From assembly GCA_038068435.1 (NCBI GenBank), contig JBBTLZ010000041.1:142-64141 (forward strand): a stretch of DNA of 64,000 bases, in the 5' to 3' direction. Source of the DNA: Candidatus Eiseniibacteriota bacterium. Its GTDB lineage: Bacteria > Eisenbacteria > RBG-16-71-46. The notes beneath the pieces were generated by a model that saw nothing but the letters and a program-made list of their open reading frames with translations, did no database searches and was not told the DNA's origin. The translations under genes were made by a program, and so were the position numbers. Below, piece after piece: positions 8,776 to 20,831 of this stretch (position 1 is its first letter; each line of letters opens with the position of its first letter).

Positions 8776-10076
8776 TGCCCACCGCATACCCTGCCGCCCA
8801 CGACCGGGCCGCGTCCCTCGAGGGGCCCGGGGCGTCCGCGCGCGCCGAGGCCCGCGTCGGACTCTACGTGCACGTGCCGTTCTGCGCGGTGCGCTGCGCC
8901 TACTGCGACTTCTCCAGCGGGACGCTGTCGGCGACGGCCGTGGAGCGGTATCTCGCCGGGATGGAACGCGAGGCGGCGTGGCGGGCACCGCAGGCGGAGG
9001 GTGTGGCGTTCACGTCGGTCTTCTTCGGCGGCGGCACGCCGTCGGCGTTCTCGGGCCGCCAATTTGCGCGCCTGTGGCGTGCGCTGCGATCGCACGTCAC
9101 CATCGCCCCGGGCGCCGAAATCACGCTCGAGGCCAATCCCGAATCCGTACGCCCGGCGCTGCTCGACGCGTGGGCGGCCGCCGGGGTCAACCGTCTCTCG
9201 ATGGGTGCCCAGAGCTTCGATCCGCAGGAGCTCTCGCGTCTGGGCCGCATCCACGACGCCGCCCGTCCGGGCGCGGCGTTCGCCCTCGCTCGGGCGCACG
9301 GCTTCCGGCGGCTCTCGCTCGATCTGATGTTCGGCTTCCCCGGGCACACCCCTGCCCGCTTCGCGGCCACGCTCGAGCGGGCGCTGGCCCTGGCGCCCGA
9401 ACACCTGTCGACATACTGCTTCATCCCCGAGGCGGGGACGCCGCTGGGCGACGAGGTCCTGCGCGGCGCAGCCGGGCTCCCGGACCCCGGGCAACAGGCG
9501 GACCTCTACGCGAGCCTGTGCGAGCGGCTCGCCGGCGGGGGCTTCGGCATCTACGAGACCTCGAACTTCTGCCGGCCGGGGGCTGAGGCGCGCCACAACC
9601 TGGTCTACTGGCTGCGGCGCGACTACCTCGGGCTTGGGCCCTCGGCCCACGGGCTGTGGCGCGGCGCGCGCTACGGGAACCACTACGGGATGGGGCGCTG
9701 GGCCGCGTCGCTCGAGGCGGATCGGGCCTGCGACACGGTCGAGCCCGAGAGCGCACGCTCGCGCGCGGACGAGATCGTGATGCTCGGGCTGCGCCTCGCG
9801 ACCGGGCTCGCCGCCGGCGATCACCCGCCGGCGCGCTGGGGCGAGGTGACGCGGCGCTACCGGTGCGCGTTCCGCGATGCGCTCGCCACCGGCCGGCTCG
9901 AACGCACGGCGGGCGGCGTGCGCGTCCCGCGCCGTCATCGATTCCTGGCCGACGATGTCATCGCCTGGCTGATGGCCGCCGCTGACCGCGACCCTTCCAC
10001 GCGCCGTGATGGCCGGGTGGCGGCGCGCGACGCGCGGGCCGCATTTGACAGCCCCGCGACGGCCTCTCTAACCTGA
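8775..10076 (+). CDS. hemW: Radical-SAM coproporphyrinogen-III oxidase-like protein (HemW/HemN family)
   Basis: CAVRCAYCDF (CxxxCxxC) radical-SAM motif. HemN-like C-terminus. ATG 8775 is in frame within track ORF 8718..10076. Confidence 0.85.
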   Translation: MPTAYPAAHDRAASLEGPGASARAEARVGLYVHVPFCAVRCAYCDFSSGTLSATAVERYLAGMEREAAWRAPQAEGVAFTSVFFGGGTPSAFSGRQFARLWRALRSHVTIAPGAEITLEANPESVRPALLDAWAAAGVNRLSMGAQSFDPQELSRLGRIHDAARPGAAFALARAHGFRRLSLDLMFGFPGHTPARFAATLERALALAPEHLSTYCFIPEAGTPLGDEVLRGAAGLPDPGQQADLYASLCERLAGGGFGIYETSNFCRPGAEARHNLVYWLRRDYLGLGPSAHGLWRGARYGNHYGMGRWAASLEADRACDTVEPESARSRADEIVMLGLRLATGLAAGDHPPARWGEVTRRYRCAFRDALATGRLERTAGGVRVPRRHRFLADDVIAWLMAAADRDPSTRRDGRVAARDARAAFDSPATASLT

Positions 10077-10081
10077 GCGCC

Positions 10082-11122
10082 ATGTCCCATCCTGCCTTCC
10101 CCGGCGCCGTGAGCCGCGAGGATCCCGAGCTCACCGATCGGCAGCGCGAGGTGTTCGTCGCCCTGGTGACGCTGCACGGCGACAGCGCGCGCCCGGTCGG
10201 CTCCGAATCGCTCGCCCATCGGGCCGGCATCCCGCTCTCGCCGGCGAGCATCCGCAATGCCCTGGCGGAGCTCGAGGGGATGGGCCTGCTGGCGCGGAGC
10301 CATGCGTCGGCCGGCCGCGTCCCGAGCGAGAGCGGCTACGACTTCCTGGTCCGCCATCTGCTCACGCCCGCCTCGCTGCCGCCCGAGCTGCTCACGCAGG
10401 TGGACGAGACGCTCCGCCGCTCCGCGCACGACGTCGAGCACCTGCTGGGCGAGGCATCGCGCCTGCTCTCCGAGCTCACGCACCAGCTGGGGCTCGCGCT
10501 GACCGCGTCGCTGGAGCACGAGCGCCTGGCCAAGCTCGAGCTGGAGCCGCTCGATGTGCGCCGGGTACTCATGGTCCTCGGCCTCGGCGGCGGAGCGGTG
10601 CGCACGCTGGTGCTGGAGTTGGACAGCCCGCTCGAGCGCAGCGAGCTGGAGGAAGTGGCGTCGGTGCTCCGCGAACGCCTGCTCGGTCGCGACCTCGCCG
10701 AGGTGCGCGACCGTCTGGCGGCCGACCCCGAGCTGGTGCGCCGCAGCGCGGTGCGCCTGGTGGCCCACTCGGCGGCGGCGCGGTGGGCACCGATGGGGCC
10801 GGCGGCGAGGTTCAGCGCCGGCGCGGGGCATATCGCCGAGCAGCCCGAGTTCGCCGGGCGTCCCCAGCTGGGTCCGCTGCTGCGGGTGGTCGAGAACGGT
10901 CCACCCCTCGACCGCCTGATGATCGAGGGCATCGAGGGCCATCCCGCGGTGCGGGTGGGCCTCGATGAGGACGTGGCGCTCAGCCGCTGCAGCCTGGTCA
11001 GCTACCCGCTGCCCGGCGAGCTGCGCGGGGCGGTCGGCGTGCTGGGGCCGCTGCGGATGGATTATGCGCGCGTGTTCTCGATCGTCGACGCCGTCGGCCG
11101 GCGCGTCGCTGAGCTGCTCTAG
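10082..11122 (+). CDS. hrcA: Heat-inducible transcriptional repressor HrcA
   Basis: N-terminal winged-helix LTDRQREVFVALV, and HrcA-family length and sequence. Confidence 0.88.
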   Translation: MSHPAFPGAVSREDPELTDRQREVFVALVTLHGDSARPVGSESLAHRAGIPLSPASIRNALAELEGMGLLARSHASAGRVPSESGYDFLVRHLLTPASLPPELLTQVDETLRRSAHDVEHLLGEASRLLSELTHQLGLALTASLEHERLAKLELEPLDVRRVLMVLGLGGGAVRTLVLELDSPLERSELEEVASVLRERLLGRDLAEVRDRLAADPELVRRSAVRLVAHSAAARWAPMGPAARFSAGAGHIAEQPEFAGRPQLGPLLRVVENGPPLDRLMIEGIEGHPAVRVGLDEDVALSRCSLVSYPLPGELRGAVGVLGPLRMDYARVFSIVDAVGRRVAELL

Positions 11123-11171
11123 TCCGGGCCGATCCGGGTCCCCGCCGGCGCTGGACGAGGTGTCCCACCCG

Positions 11172-11813
11172 ATGGACGATGTGAGCCGGAAGCCGCGCGG
11201 GCCGGACGCGGGCGGAGCGCCTGCCGGCTCGAGCGCGCCCGTGCCGGGAGCCACGCGTTCCGCCGCCAACGACGAGATCGAGGAGCCGCCGCCGGTGGAC
11301 CGCTGGGAGGAGGAAGGAGGCATCGTGGAAGAGCCACCCGCCGCGCCGGCCGTCGCCCCGGCCGCGCCGGACCCCGACTACAAGGACCGCTGGCTGCGCG
11401 CCGAGGCCGAACTGCAGAACTTCCGCCGCCGTGCGTCCCGCGAGTGGGAGGAAGGTCGTCGGATGGCGGAGGAGGGCGTGCTGCTCGAGATGGTGGCGGC
11501 GCTCGACGACCTGGATCGCGCGCTCGAAGCCGCCCGCTCCTCGGGTGGCTCCGGCGCCTGGATCGAGGGCGTGACGCTGGTCGCCCAGCGCCTGCGCGAC
11601 GGGCTCGCGCGCCGGGGCGTGACGGTCGAGGACCCGCTGGGACAGCCCTTCGACCCGGCCTTCCACGAGGCGTTGCTCGAGGTGGACGCACCCGCAGGCG
11701 CCGCTCCCGGCACGGTGGTGCAGGTGGCCCACAAGGGGTACCGGCGGGGGGAGCGCGCCCTGCGCGCGGCGCGCGTGGTGGTGGCGCGGACACCGGCCGG
11801 GAGCTCGGGCTAG
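11172..11813 (+). CDS. grpE: Nucleotide exchange factor GrpE
   Basis: KDRWLRAEAELQNFRRR ... GrpE signature. ATG 11172 is in frame within track ORF 10965..11813. Confidence 0.85.
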   Translation: MDDVSRKPRGPDAGGAPAGSSAPVPGATRSAANDEIEEPPPVDRWEEEGGIVEEPPAAPAVAPAAPDPDYKDRWLRAEAELQNFRRRASREWEEGRRMAEEGVLLEMVAALDDLDRALEAARSSGGSGAWIEGVTLVAQRLRDGLARRGVTVEDPLGQPFDPAFHEALLEVDAPAGAAPGTVVQVAHKGYRRGERALRAARVVVARTPAGSSG

Positions 11814-12953
11814 ATGGCGCGCCGCGACCTCTACGAGCTGCTCGGCGTGCCGCGTGATACGGGCGACGATGAGATCAAGAAGGCCTACCGCAAGATCGCC
11901 TTCGAGAGCCATCCCGACCGCAATCCCGGCGACAAGCCGGCGGAGCAACGCTTCAAGGACGCCACCGAAGCGTACGAGGTCCTGCGCGACCCGCAGAAGC
12001 GCGCCCAGTACGACCGCTTCGGCCATGCCGGGGTCGAGGGCGCGCCGGCCGGGGGCGGCTACGACTTCAGCGGCTTCGATCTCGCCGACGCGCTGCGGGC
12101 TTTCATGCGCGACTTCGGCGGGGAGGGCAGCTTCGAGGACCTGTTCGGCGCGCGCGGCCGCGCCGCCGGTCCGCGGCGCGGGGACGATCTGCAGGTGCGC
12201 CTGAAGCTCGGGCTGGAAGAGATCGCGACCGGGGTCGAGAAGAAGATCCGCGTCAAGCATCTCCACGCCTGCAAGGCGTGCGGTGGCCGGGGCGGGCGCG
12301 GCGAGAGCACCTGCACCCAGTGCGAGGGCCGCGGGCAGGTGCGGCACGTGCAGCAGTCGTTCTTCGGCCAGTTCGTGAACATCGCCACCTGCCCCCGCTG
12401 CCACGGTGAGGGGCGGATCATGCGCGAGCCCTGCCGGGAGTGCGGCGGCGACGGGCGCGCCGCCGAGAGCGAGACCATCGCCGTCAAGGTGCCCGCGGGG
12501 GTGTCGACCGGGAACTTCATCCCGCTGCGCGGCATGGGCGATGCGGGGCCGCGGGGCGGCCCCGCCGGCGACCTCATCGTGCTGATCGAGGAGAAGCCGC
12601 ACCCGGTGTTCGACCGCGAGGGGGACGACCTCAGACTCGACGTGCCGATCGGCTTCGCGACCGCGACGCTGGGGGGCAAGGTGGAGATCCCCACGCTCGA
12701 CGGCCCGCCCGCGACCATCGAGGTCGCCGCCGGGATGCAGAGCGGGCGCGTCGTGCGGGTGCGCGGGAAGGGACTCCCGGGCCTGCGCGGGGGGCGCGGC
12801 GATCTCCTCACGCGTCTCATCGTCTGGGTGCCGTCCAGGCTCAGTGCGGCCGAGCGCCGCCAGCTCGAAGAGCTGGGCCGTGGGGAGGGGCTGAAGCCGC
12901 CGCGCCCGGGGAAATCGCTGTTCGAGCGCGTGAAGGACACCTTTGCCGGCTGA
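11814..12953 (+). CDS. dnaJ: Chaperone DnaJ
   Basis: J-domain with HPD (ESHPDRNPGD), four CxxCxGxG zinc-finger repeats, and a C-terminal domain. Confidence 0.95.
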   Translation: MARRDLYELLGVPRDTGDDEIKKAYRKIAFESHPDRNPGDKPAEQRFKDATEAYEVLRDPQKRAQYDRFGHAGVEGAPAGGGYDFSGFDLADALRAFMRDFGGEGSFEDLFGARGRAAGPRRGDDLQVRLKLGLEEIATGVEKKIRVKHLHACKACGGRGGRGESTCTQCEGRGQVRHVQQSFFGQFVNIATCPRCHGEGRIMREPCRECGGDGRAAESETIAVKVPAGVSTGNFIPLRGMGDAGPRGGPAGDLIVLIEEKPHPVFDREGDDLRLDVPIGFATATLGGKVEIPTLDGPPATIEVAAGMQSGRVVRVRGKGLPGLRGGRGDLLTRLIVWVPSRLSAAERRQLEELGRGEGLKPPRPGKSLFERVKDTFAG

Positions 12954-13677
12954 CGCGGCACCCCCATTCCTGTTGGTGGCCGAGCTGCCCTCGGCCGGCG
13001 CGAAGCTGACGCTTCCGGAGGACGAGAGCCACTACCTCACGCGGGTCTGCCGTGTGCGCCCGGGCGAGCGGGCGACCGCCACCGACGGCCGCGGCGGTCT
13101 CGGCGTCCTGCGGGTACTGGAGGGCGGTCGCCGGGCGGTAGTCGAGGTCGAGTCGTGTGAGCGCGCGCGGCCGGCTCGCGCGGCCTGGGTGCTGGCGGGT
13201 GCCCCGGAGGGGGAGCGCGGCGACTGGATGGTCGAGAAGCTCGCCGAGCTGGGCGTCGCCGTGTTCCAGCCGATCGACTGCGAGCGCGGGTGCTGGGAAC
13301 GGATGAAGGGCCGGTCCGACCGCTGGCAGCGGCTCGCGGTGGCCGCCCTGCGTCAATCGCGCCGCCGCTTCCTGCTGGAGGTCCGGGCCCCGCAGTGGTT
13401 CGCCGAAGCCATGGCCGGGCTTCCGGCGGGGGCCGGATCCTGGCTCGCCGACGCCGCCGGGCCACCGGCGGCCACGCTCACACCTCCGCGGGAGGGGGTG
13501 GCGATCGGCCTGATCGGCCCGGCAGCGGGGCTCGCCCCCGCGGAGAGACAGGTCGCCGAGGCGAGGCATTTCCGGCCTATCTCCCTTTCGGATAGCCGCT
13601 TGCGTGCGGAGACCGCGGCCCTGGCATGGGCCAGCTGGTGGTCCGGAGGTGCGGCCGGAAGCCCTGCTCGCCCATGA
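12943..13677 (+). CDS. rsmE: 16S rRNA (uracil1498-N3)-methyltransferase RsmE
   Basis: RsmE-family sequence (PUA-like N-terminus, SPOUT C-terminus). Conserved position after dnaJ. TTG start. Confidence 0.75.
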   Translation: MPADAAPPFLLVAELPSAGAKLTLPEDESHYLTRVCRVRPGERATATDGRGGLGVLRVLEGGRRAVVEVESCERARPARAAWVLAGAPEGERGDWMVEKLAELGVAVFQPIDCERGCWERMKGRSDRWQRLAVAALRQSRRRFLLEVRAPQWFAEAMAGLPAGAGSWLADAAGPPAATLTPPREGVAIGLIGPAAGLAPAERQVAEARHFRPISLSDSRLRAETAALAWASWWSGGAAGSPARP

Positions 13678-13692
13678 CTCCGGCCGGTGGCC

Positions 13693-13721
13693 TTGACGAC
13701 CCGTCCACCCGGCCATAGACT
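13693..13721 (+). promoter_or_regulatory. Candidate sigma70 promoter TTGACG-N17-TAGACT for rpsU
   Basis: Hexamers with a 17-nt spacer in the AT-richer 150-nt gap upstream of rpsU. Confidence 0.4.
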
Positions 13722-13827
13722 GCGTTTGCTATTTTCGCGCGCATCCTGTCCCCGCGGCGCGAATCGTAGGTCGTGCACAGCCAGATCTTGATTTCTCAAC
13801 ATACTAGGGTGGAGAGGGGGCGATTCA

Positions 13828-14019
13828 TTGCCCGGCATCAGGGTGAAGGACGGCGAGTCCTTCGAGAGCGCCCTGCGCCGCTTCAAGAAGAAATGTGAGA
13901 AGGCGGGGATCCTTTCGGATCTGCGCCGGCATCAGCATTTCGAGAAGCCGAGCGAGCGGCGCAAGCGCAAGTTGAACGCGGCCAAGCGGAAGAACCTGGC
14001 CCGTCGACAGGAGAACTAG
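13828..14019 (+). CDS. rpsU: 30S ribosomal protein S21
   Basis: [28 protein letters not shown]... TTG start with RBS GGAGAGGGGG. Confidence 0.9.
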   Translation: MPGIRVKDGESFESALRRFKKKCEKAGILSDLRRHQHFEKPSERRKRKLNAAKRKNLARRQEN

Positions 14020-14066
14020 CGGAACTGGAGCTGCGACTGGGGCTGACCTGGCTGGACTGGACGCTG

Positions 14067-14615
14067 TTGGTCCTCGTCCTCCTGTTCGCGATCGGTGGTT
14101 TCCTGCGCGGCACCATCGCGCAGGTCTTCGTCGTTCTCGGCGTGCTCACCGGGTTGTGGGCCGCCGTCTTCGTCTCAGGGTGGGTCGGCACGCACTGGCA
14201 CGGCGCCCGGCCCGCCGTGGCGTTCCTGGCGTTGCGATGGCTGGTGGCCGCACTCGCCGGTCTGGCGGTGGCGGCACTCTTGCAATGGTGGGGCGACCGC
14301 CTCGGTAAGGCGGTGCGGGAGGGGCCGCTGGGTTGGCTCGACCGCGGCGGCGGTCTCGTGGTCGGGGCGGGTCTCGGCGCGATCGTCGGCTCATTCGTCC
14401 TGCTCGGCGCGCTCACGATCCAGCACCCGAGCGCGCCCGGGGTCGCGGTGGCGCACGCGCGCGTCGCGGCACCGGCGATGGGTGTGGCCGCGGAGGTGTG
14501 TTCCTTCGGCGAGGCGTATCTCCCCGGCAGCGGCTGGCTGAAGCAACGGTTCCTTGCGGCGAAGCGGCGCGCCGTCCGCATCCGCGAGAGCGGATCCCGG
14601 TCGAAGACGAGCTGA
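14067..14615 (+). CDS. cvpA: CvpA-family membrane protein
   Basis: N-terminal TM helices typical of CvpA. Conserved N-terminal residues (LTWLDWTLLVLV) lie upstream of the TTG at 14067, in frame, so the true start may be a CTG at about 14043. Confidence 0.7.
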   Translation: MVLVLLFAIGGFLRGTIAQVFVVLGVLTGLWAAVFVSGWVGTHWHGARPAVAFLALRWLVAALAGLAVAALLQWWGDRLGKAVREGPLGWLDRGGGLVVGAGLGAIVGSFVLLGALTIQHPSAPGVAVAHARVAAPAMGVAAEVCSFGEAYLPGSGWLKQRFLAAKRRAVRIRESGSRSKTS

Positions 14616-14640
14616 GACGGGACCGGAGCCGCCCGGGGGT

Positions 14641-16995
14641 GTGAGCGGCGTGGACGAGCATTCCCTTCGACTTCTCGAGTTCCATCGCGTGACCGCGGCG
14701 GTCGCGGAGCGTGCGGCGAGCGAGGTGGCGAAAGCCGCCCTCGCGGCGGCTCGTCCCATCCCCGCCGCGCGAGAGCGCGGGGAGGAGTGCGCGCGGCTGG
14801 CCGAGGCGATCCGTCGCGCCGGCGAGCCTGGCGAGTGGTGCTTCACCGGCGTGGGTCTGCTGGCCGGAGCGCTCGAGGGGCGGGGGCCGGAGCCGGCGCC
14901 GCTCGACGGGCCGGCGCTGGTGGGGGTGCTGGGGTGGCTCGAGGCGGGCGAGAGCACGCGCGACGCCTGGACGGGCGAGTCGCGCGCGCGCTTTCCCGCG
15001 CTCGCGAAGGTGGTGGACGCGGTGCCGGCGTTCGGTTCGTTGCGCGCCCGGCTCGCGGCCGCGCTCGACGGGGACGGCCGGCTTCGCGATTCGGCCTCGC
15101 CGGCGCTCCAGCGCCTGCGCGCCGAGCTGGCGGCGGGCGAGCAGCGACTGGCACAGCAGCTCGAGCGCTGGGCGGCGGGCTTCGGGGCGAACGCGTACGT
15201 GACGCGGCACGGCGACCGCTTCGTCGCGCTGGTGCCGGCGGCGGGCTTCCCGCGCCGCCGGGCGGTGGTGCACGACGTCTCGGGGAGCGGACAGTCGCTG
15301 TTCGTCGAGCCCCTCGAGGCGTGCGAAGCGAACAACCGGCTGCTGGAGGTGCGCGCGGCGGCGGGCGAGGAGGAGCGGCGCATCCTGCGGGAGCTGGCGC
15401 GCGCCGTCGCCGACGCGGGCGACGCGCTCCGGGCGCTGGAGGGGGCACTCGCGCATCTGGACGGTTTGCGGGCGAGGGCGCGCTGGGCACGCGAGTTCGG
15501 CGGCGCGGCGGTGACGCCGGGCGGGGAGCGGCTCCGGCTGCGGCGCGCGCGACATCCACTGCTGGCGATGGCGGAACGCCAGGGCGGGCGGGAGGTGGTG
15601 CCGCTCGACCTGGAACTGGGCGAGCCGGCGCGCGTACTGCTGGTGAGCGGCCCGAACATGGGCGGCAAGACGGTGCTGTTGAAGACCGTGGGGCTGATGG
15701 TGGCGCTGAGCCACGCCGGCTTCGCGGTGACGGCGGACGAAGGGAGCGCGGTGCCGGAGATCGCCAGCGTGGTGGTGGACCTGGGCGACGAGCAGTCGGT
15801 GGACCAGGGGTTGTCGTCGTTCGCGGCGCACCTCAAGGTGCTCGGGCGCATGGCCGGGGCGGCCGGCCCGGAGAGCCTGCTGCTCTGTGACGAGCTCGGC
15901 GCCGGGACCGATCCCGAGGAGGGCGCGGCCCTCGGTCGCGCGCTGATCGAGCACTTCGCCGGCCACGACGCCTGGTGCGTGGTGACCACGCACCTCGGCA
16001 GCCTCAAGCGCGTCGCCGGACAGGTGCCGGGGGTGATGAACGGCTCGCTCGAGTTCGACCAGGCCACGCTCAATTCGCGCTACCGGTTCCTGCCCGGGGT
16101 GCCGGGCGCGAGCCATGCGCTGTCGGTGGCCGAGCGGCTGGGCTTCCCGGCGCCCCTGCTCGCGCGCGCCCGCGCGCTGACCCCCGAGGAGACGCGCGCG
16201 CTCGAGCGGCTGATCGCCGAGCTGAACGAGACGAACCGCCGCACCGCCGCAGCGGCGGCGGCGCTGGAGACGGCGCGCGCCGAGGCCGAGCGCCTGGCGG
16301 GCGAGCACCGCGCGGCACTCGAAGCGTCGCGCACCAGCCTTGCCGAGCAGCGGCGTCGCGTCACGCGCGAGGGCGAGACGCTGCTCGCCCGCGCGCGCGA
16401 GCTGTGGCAGACGGTGCAGCGCGAGGCGCGGCGCGACGAGAAGACCCGTACCGACGCGGGCCGCCTGCGCGAGGAGATCCGCGCGCTGGAGCGCGAGCAC
16501 GACGCGCTGAGCGGCGCGGCCGAAGCGGCCGCAGCGCCGCCGCCGCCGGCCCTGGCGCCCGGGCAGCGGGTGCGGGTCGTGGACCTCGGCGTGGAGGCCG
16601 AGGTGGTGAGCGGCCCCGACGCTGAGGGCCGCGTACGGCTGCGGCGCGGGAGTTGGAACATCGAGAGCCACGCGAGCCGGCTGGCCGCGGCGGCGGCAAG
16701 CGCGGCCGAGCCGCGCCCGCTGGGCGGCACCTGGAGCCCAGCCGATGACGCACCGCCGCTCGAGGTGGACCTGCGCGGCATGGAGAGCGACGAGGCGCTG
16801 ACGGCGCTGGATGGCGGGCTCGACCGCGCGGTGCTGGCCGGGCTCTCCGAGCTGCGCATCGTGCACGGGATCGGGCGCGGCGTGCTGCGCGCCGCGGTGG
16901 AGCGACATCTGCGCGGCCATCCGCAGGTGGCGGGGCAGCGCGCGGGCCAGGTGGGCGAGGGCGGCCGCGGCGTGACCGTGGCGAGGATCCGGTGA
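14641..16995 (+). CDS. mutS2: Endonuclease MutS2 (MutS domain + C-terminal Smr)
   Basis: Walker A LLVSGPNMGGKTVLLK. C-terminal Smr (VDLRGM...LRIVHGIG). GTG start at about 14641 within track ORF 14554..16995. Confidence 0.85.
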   Translation: MSGVDEHSLRLLEFHRVTAAVAERAASEVAKAALAAARPIPAARERGEECARLAEAIRRAGEPGEWCFTGVGLLAGALEGRGPEPAPLDGPALVGVLGWLEAGESTRDAWTGESRARFPALAKVVDAVPAFGSLRARLAAALDGDGRLRDSASPALQRLRAELAAGEQRLAQQLERWAAGFGANAYVTRHGDRFVALVPAAGFPRRRAVVHDVSGSGQSLFVEPLEACEANNRLLEVRAAAGEEERRILRELARAVADAGDALRALEGALAHLDGLRARARWAREFGGAAVTPGGERLRLRRARHPLLAMAERQGGREVVPLDLELGEPARVLLVSGPNMGGKTVLLKTVGLMVALSHAGFAVTADEGSAVPEIASVVVDLGDEQSVDQGLSSFAAHLKVLGRMAGAAGPESLLLCDELGAGTDPEEGAALGRALIEHFAGHDAWCVVTTHLGSLKRVAGQVPGVMNGSLEFDQATLNSRYRFLPGVPGASHALSVAERLGFPAPLLARARALTPEETRALERLIAELNETNRRTAAAAAALETARAEAERLAGEHRAALEASRTSLAEQRRRVTREGETLLARARELWQTVQREARRDEKTRTDAGRLREEIRALEREHDALSGAAEAAAAPPPPALAPGQRVRVVDLGVEAEVVSGPDAEGRVRLRRGSWNIESHASRLAAAAASAAEPRPLGGTWSPADDAPPLEVDLRGMESDEALTALDGGLDRAVLAGLSELRIVHGIGRGVLRAAVERHLRGHPQVAGQRAGQVGEGGRGVTVARIR

Positions 16996-18755
16996 GCGCC
17001 GCCGGGCGGCCGCTGGGCCGCGGCGCGCCGCGCCTCGCCGACGACTGGGTGGAGCGCGTGCGCGCGGCGAGCGACGTCGTCGAGGTGATCGCCCAGACCG
17101 TGCAGCTCAAGCGGGTGGGACGCAACTGGACCGGGCTCTGCCCGTTCCACAAGGAGAAGTCGCCGTCGTTCTCGGTCAACCCCGACCGGCAGTTCTACCA
17201 CTGCTTCGGATGCAAGGCCGGCGGCGACGTGTTCCGGTTCGTGCAGGAGACGGAGAAGGTGGAGTTCCTCGAGGCGGTCGAGCTGCTGAGCCGGCGTGCC
17301 GGCATCCCGGTGCCGGAGCGACGCGCGGGCGAGCGGGCGGTGCGCACGCCGCTGCTGGACGCACTCGAACAGGCGGCGACCGCCTACGAGCAATGGCTCG
17401 CGGACCCGCAGCGCGGCCGTGCGGTCCGCGAGTACCTCGAGTCGCGCGGGATCGTGCACGAGACGGTGCGGGCGTTCCGGCTCGGGCTGGCGCCCGAGGG
17501 CTGGGAGAACCTGGCCGGCCGGCTGGTACCGCGCGCCGGCGAGGAGGTGCTGGTGCAGGCGGGACTGGCCATGCGGCGCGAGGGGAGGTCGGGGGTCTAC
17601 GACCGCTTCCGCGACCGGCTCATGGTGCCGCTCATCGCCCCGGGCGGGACGGTGGTGGGCTTCGGGGCGCGCGCGCTCGGCGACGAGCCGCCCAAGTACC
17701 TGAACTCGCCCGAGACGCCGGTGTACCACAAGGGGTCGTTCCTGTTCGCGCTCGAGGCCGCGCGCAGGAGCGCCGACGCCGCGGGCGAGATGGTGGTGGT
17801 CGAGGGCTACTTCGACGCGATTGCCCTCCATCAGGCGGGGCTCACGCACACCGTGGCGACCTCGGGCACGGCGCTCACCGCCGACCAGTCGCGGCTGCTG
17901 CGGCGCGCCGTACCTCGGGTGGCGCTGACCTACGACGGCGACGACGCCGGGCGGGACGCCATGATGCGCTCGCTTGCGGTGCTGCTGGCGGAGGGGCTGG
18001 AGGTGGTGGTGGTGGACCTGCCGCAGGGCGAGGATCCCGATACGCTGGTGCGGCGCGGCGGCGCCGAGGCCTGGCGCGCGCGGCGCGCGGCCGGCTACGA
18101 CCCGGTGGAGTTCATCCAGCGTCACGTGCTGCGCGCGGGCGGCGGCGCCGCGGCGGGCGATCCCCGCGAGCGGGCGCTGCAGGCGGTGGTGCGGCTCGCG
18201 GCCGAGGTGCGCGACCCGATCCGCGTGCGGTTGCTGCTCGAGCGCGCGAGCCAGGTGTTCGGTCTGCCCGAGTCCGTGCTGGGCCGGGCGGTCGGTATGC
18301 AGAAGGGCGGCCAGAGCACCGAGGCGCCGCTCAAGGCGGCGGTGCGCGAACAGCGGCGGGGCGAGAGCGAGCTGGAGCGGGCGCTCCTGCGTGCGCTGCT
18401 CCACGCGCCCGAGCAGCTCGAGGCGGCGCGGGCGAAGCTGAGCCCGGAGGATTTCCAGGACGCCGACTGCGCCTCGCTGGCGCGCTGGCTGTGGAGCGGC
18501 AGGGCGGACCTGCCCGAATCGGGGGTCGAGGGGGCGCTGGCGCGCGAGCTGGCGGCGAGCGGCGCTGGAGACAAGAACTGGTCAGCCGAGGCTGTTGGTG
18601 CGGCTCGCCTGATCCTGGAGCGGAAGCTCCTCCAGCGGCTGAAGGAACGAAAGATCCAATTGAGCCGAGCCCCTGACGGGCCGGACACATCGCGGCTGAT
18701 GGAAGAAGTGAACGAGCTGGCACGTACCTTGAAAGAGTTGAGCGCGCAGGGTTGA
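16992..18755 (+). CDS. dnaG: DNA primase DnaG
   Basis: Zinc-binding domain [31 protein letters not shown] domain. GTGA overlap with mutS2. Confidence 0.95.
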   Translation: MSAAGRPLGRGAPRLADDWVERVRAASDVVEVIAQTVQLKRVGRNWTGLCPFHKEKSPSFSVNPDRQFYHCFGCKAGGDVFRFVQETEKVEFLEAVELLSRRAGIPVPERRAGERAVRTPLLDALEQAATAYEQWLADPQRGRAVREYLESRGIVHETVRAFRLGLAPEGWENLAGRLVPRAGEEVLVQAGLAMRREGRSGVYDRFRDRLMVPLIAPGGTVVGFGARALGDEPPKYLNSPETPVYHKGSFLFALEAARRSADAAGEMVVVEGYFDAIALHQAGLTHTVATSGTALTADQSRLLRRAVPRVALTYDGDDAGRDAMMRSLAVLLAEGLEVVVVDLPQGEDPDTLVRRGGAEAWRARRAAGYDPVEFIQRHVLRAGGGAAAGDPRERALQAVVRLAAEVRDPIRVRLLLERASQVFGLPESVLGRAVGMQKGGQSTEAPLKAAVREQRRGESELERALLRALLHAPEQLEAARAKLSPEDFQDADCASLARWLWSGRADLPESGVEGALARELAASGAGDKNWSAEAVGAARLILERKLLQRLKERKIQLSRAPDGPDTSRLMEEVNELARTLKELSAQG

Positions 18756-18795
18756 GCGGCCCGCGCGCGGGACGACGGATCACACGGGGGGTTCC

Positions 18796-20616
<1,821 letters not shown>

Positions 20617-20638
20617 AGGGGAACGACGCCCCGCTCGC

Positions 20639-20667
20639 TTGACACCCCCCGACCCCGATGCTAGAAA
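20639..20667 (+). promoter_or_regulatory. Candidate promoter TTGACA-N17-TAGAAA for the tRNA-Met/tRNA-Val operon
   Basis: Consensus -35, a 17-nt spacer and a near-consensus -10, about 40 nt upstream of tRNA-Met. Confidence 0.45.
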
Positions 20668-20708
20668 CACACGGCTTTTGGCGCACGGATGCATGCGCGC
20701 CCATCGCT

Positions 20709-20782
20709 GGGCCCATAGCTCAGCGGTCCAGAGCGGCCGGCTCATAACCGGCGAGACCCTGGTTCGAATCCAGGTGGGCCCA
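20709..20782 (+). tRNA. tRNA with anticodon CAT (elongator tRNA-Met, or tRNA-Ile2 if lysidinylated). Not an initiator (G1:C72 paired).
   Basis: Cloverleaf: acceptor GGGCCCA/TGGGCCC, anticodon loop CTCATAA, T arm CCTGGTTCGAATCCAGG. No encoded CCA. Confidence 0.8.
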
Positions 20783-20831
20783 TGAGTCCACGGCGCGGAG
20801 GCCGCGCGGACGCGCGGCGCACGGCCTCCGG

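Noticed and set aside
6232-8988. 918-aa minus-strand ORF
   Set aside because: It lies antisense to lepA/lepB, which have unmistakable conserved protein sequence. Stop-poor antisense frames are expected at about 70% GC. The product is low-complexity Arg/Pro/Ala-rich.
10040-10110. CIRCE (HrcA operator) near hrcA
   Set aside because: No TTAGCACTC-N9-GAGTGCTAA-like inverted repeat is present in this junction.
13740-13820. Second promoter-like element TTGATT...TACTAG just before rpsU
   Set aside because: The spacer is only 11 nt. The upstream TTGACG-N17-TAGACT is the better candidate.
14413-16920. 835-aa minus-strand ORF (plus 14391..16073)
   Set aside because: Antisense to mutS2. GC artefact with Arg/Ala/Pro-rich nonsense.
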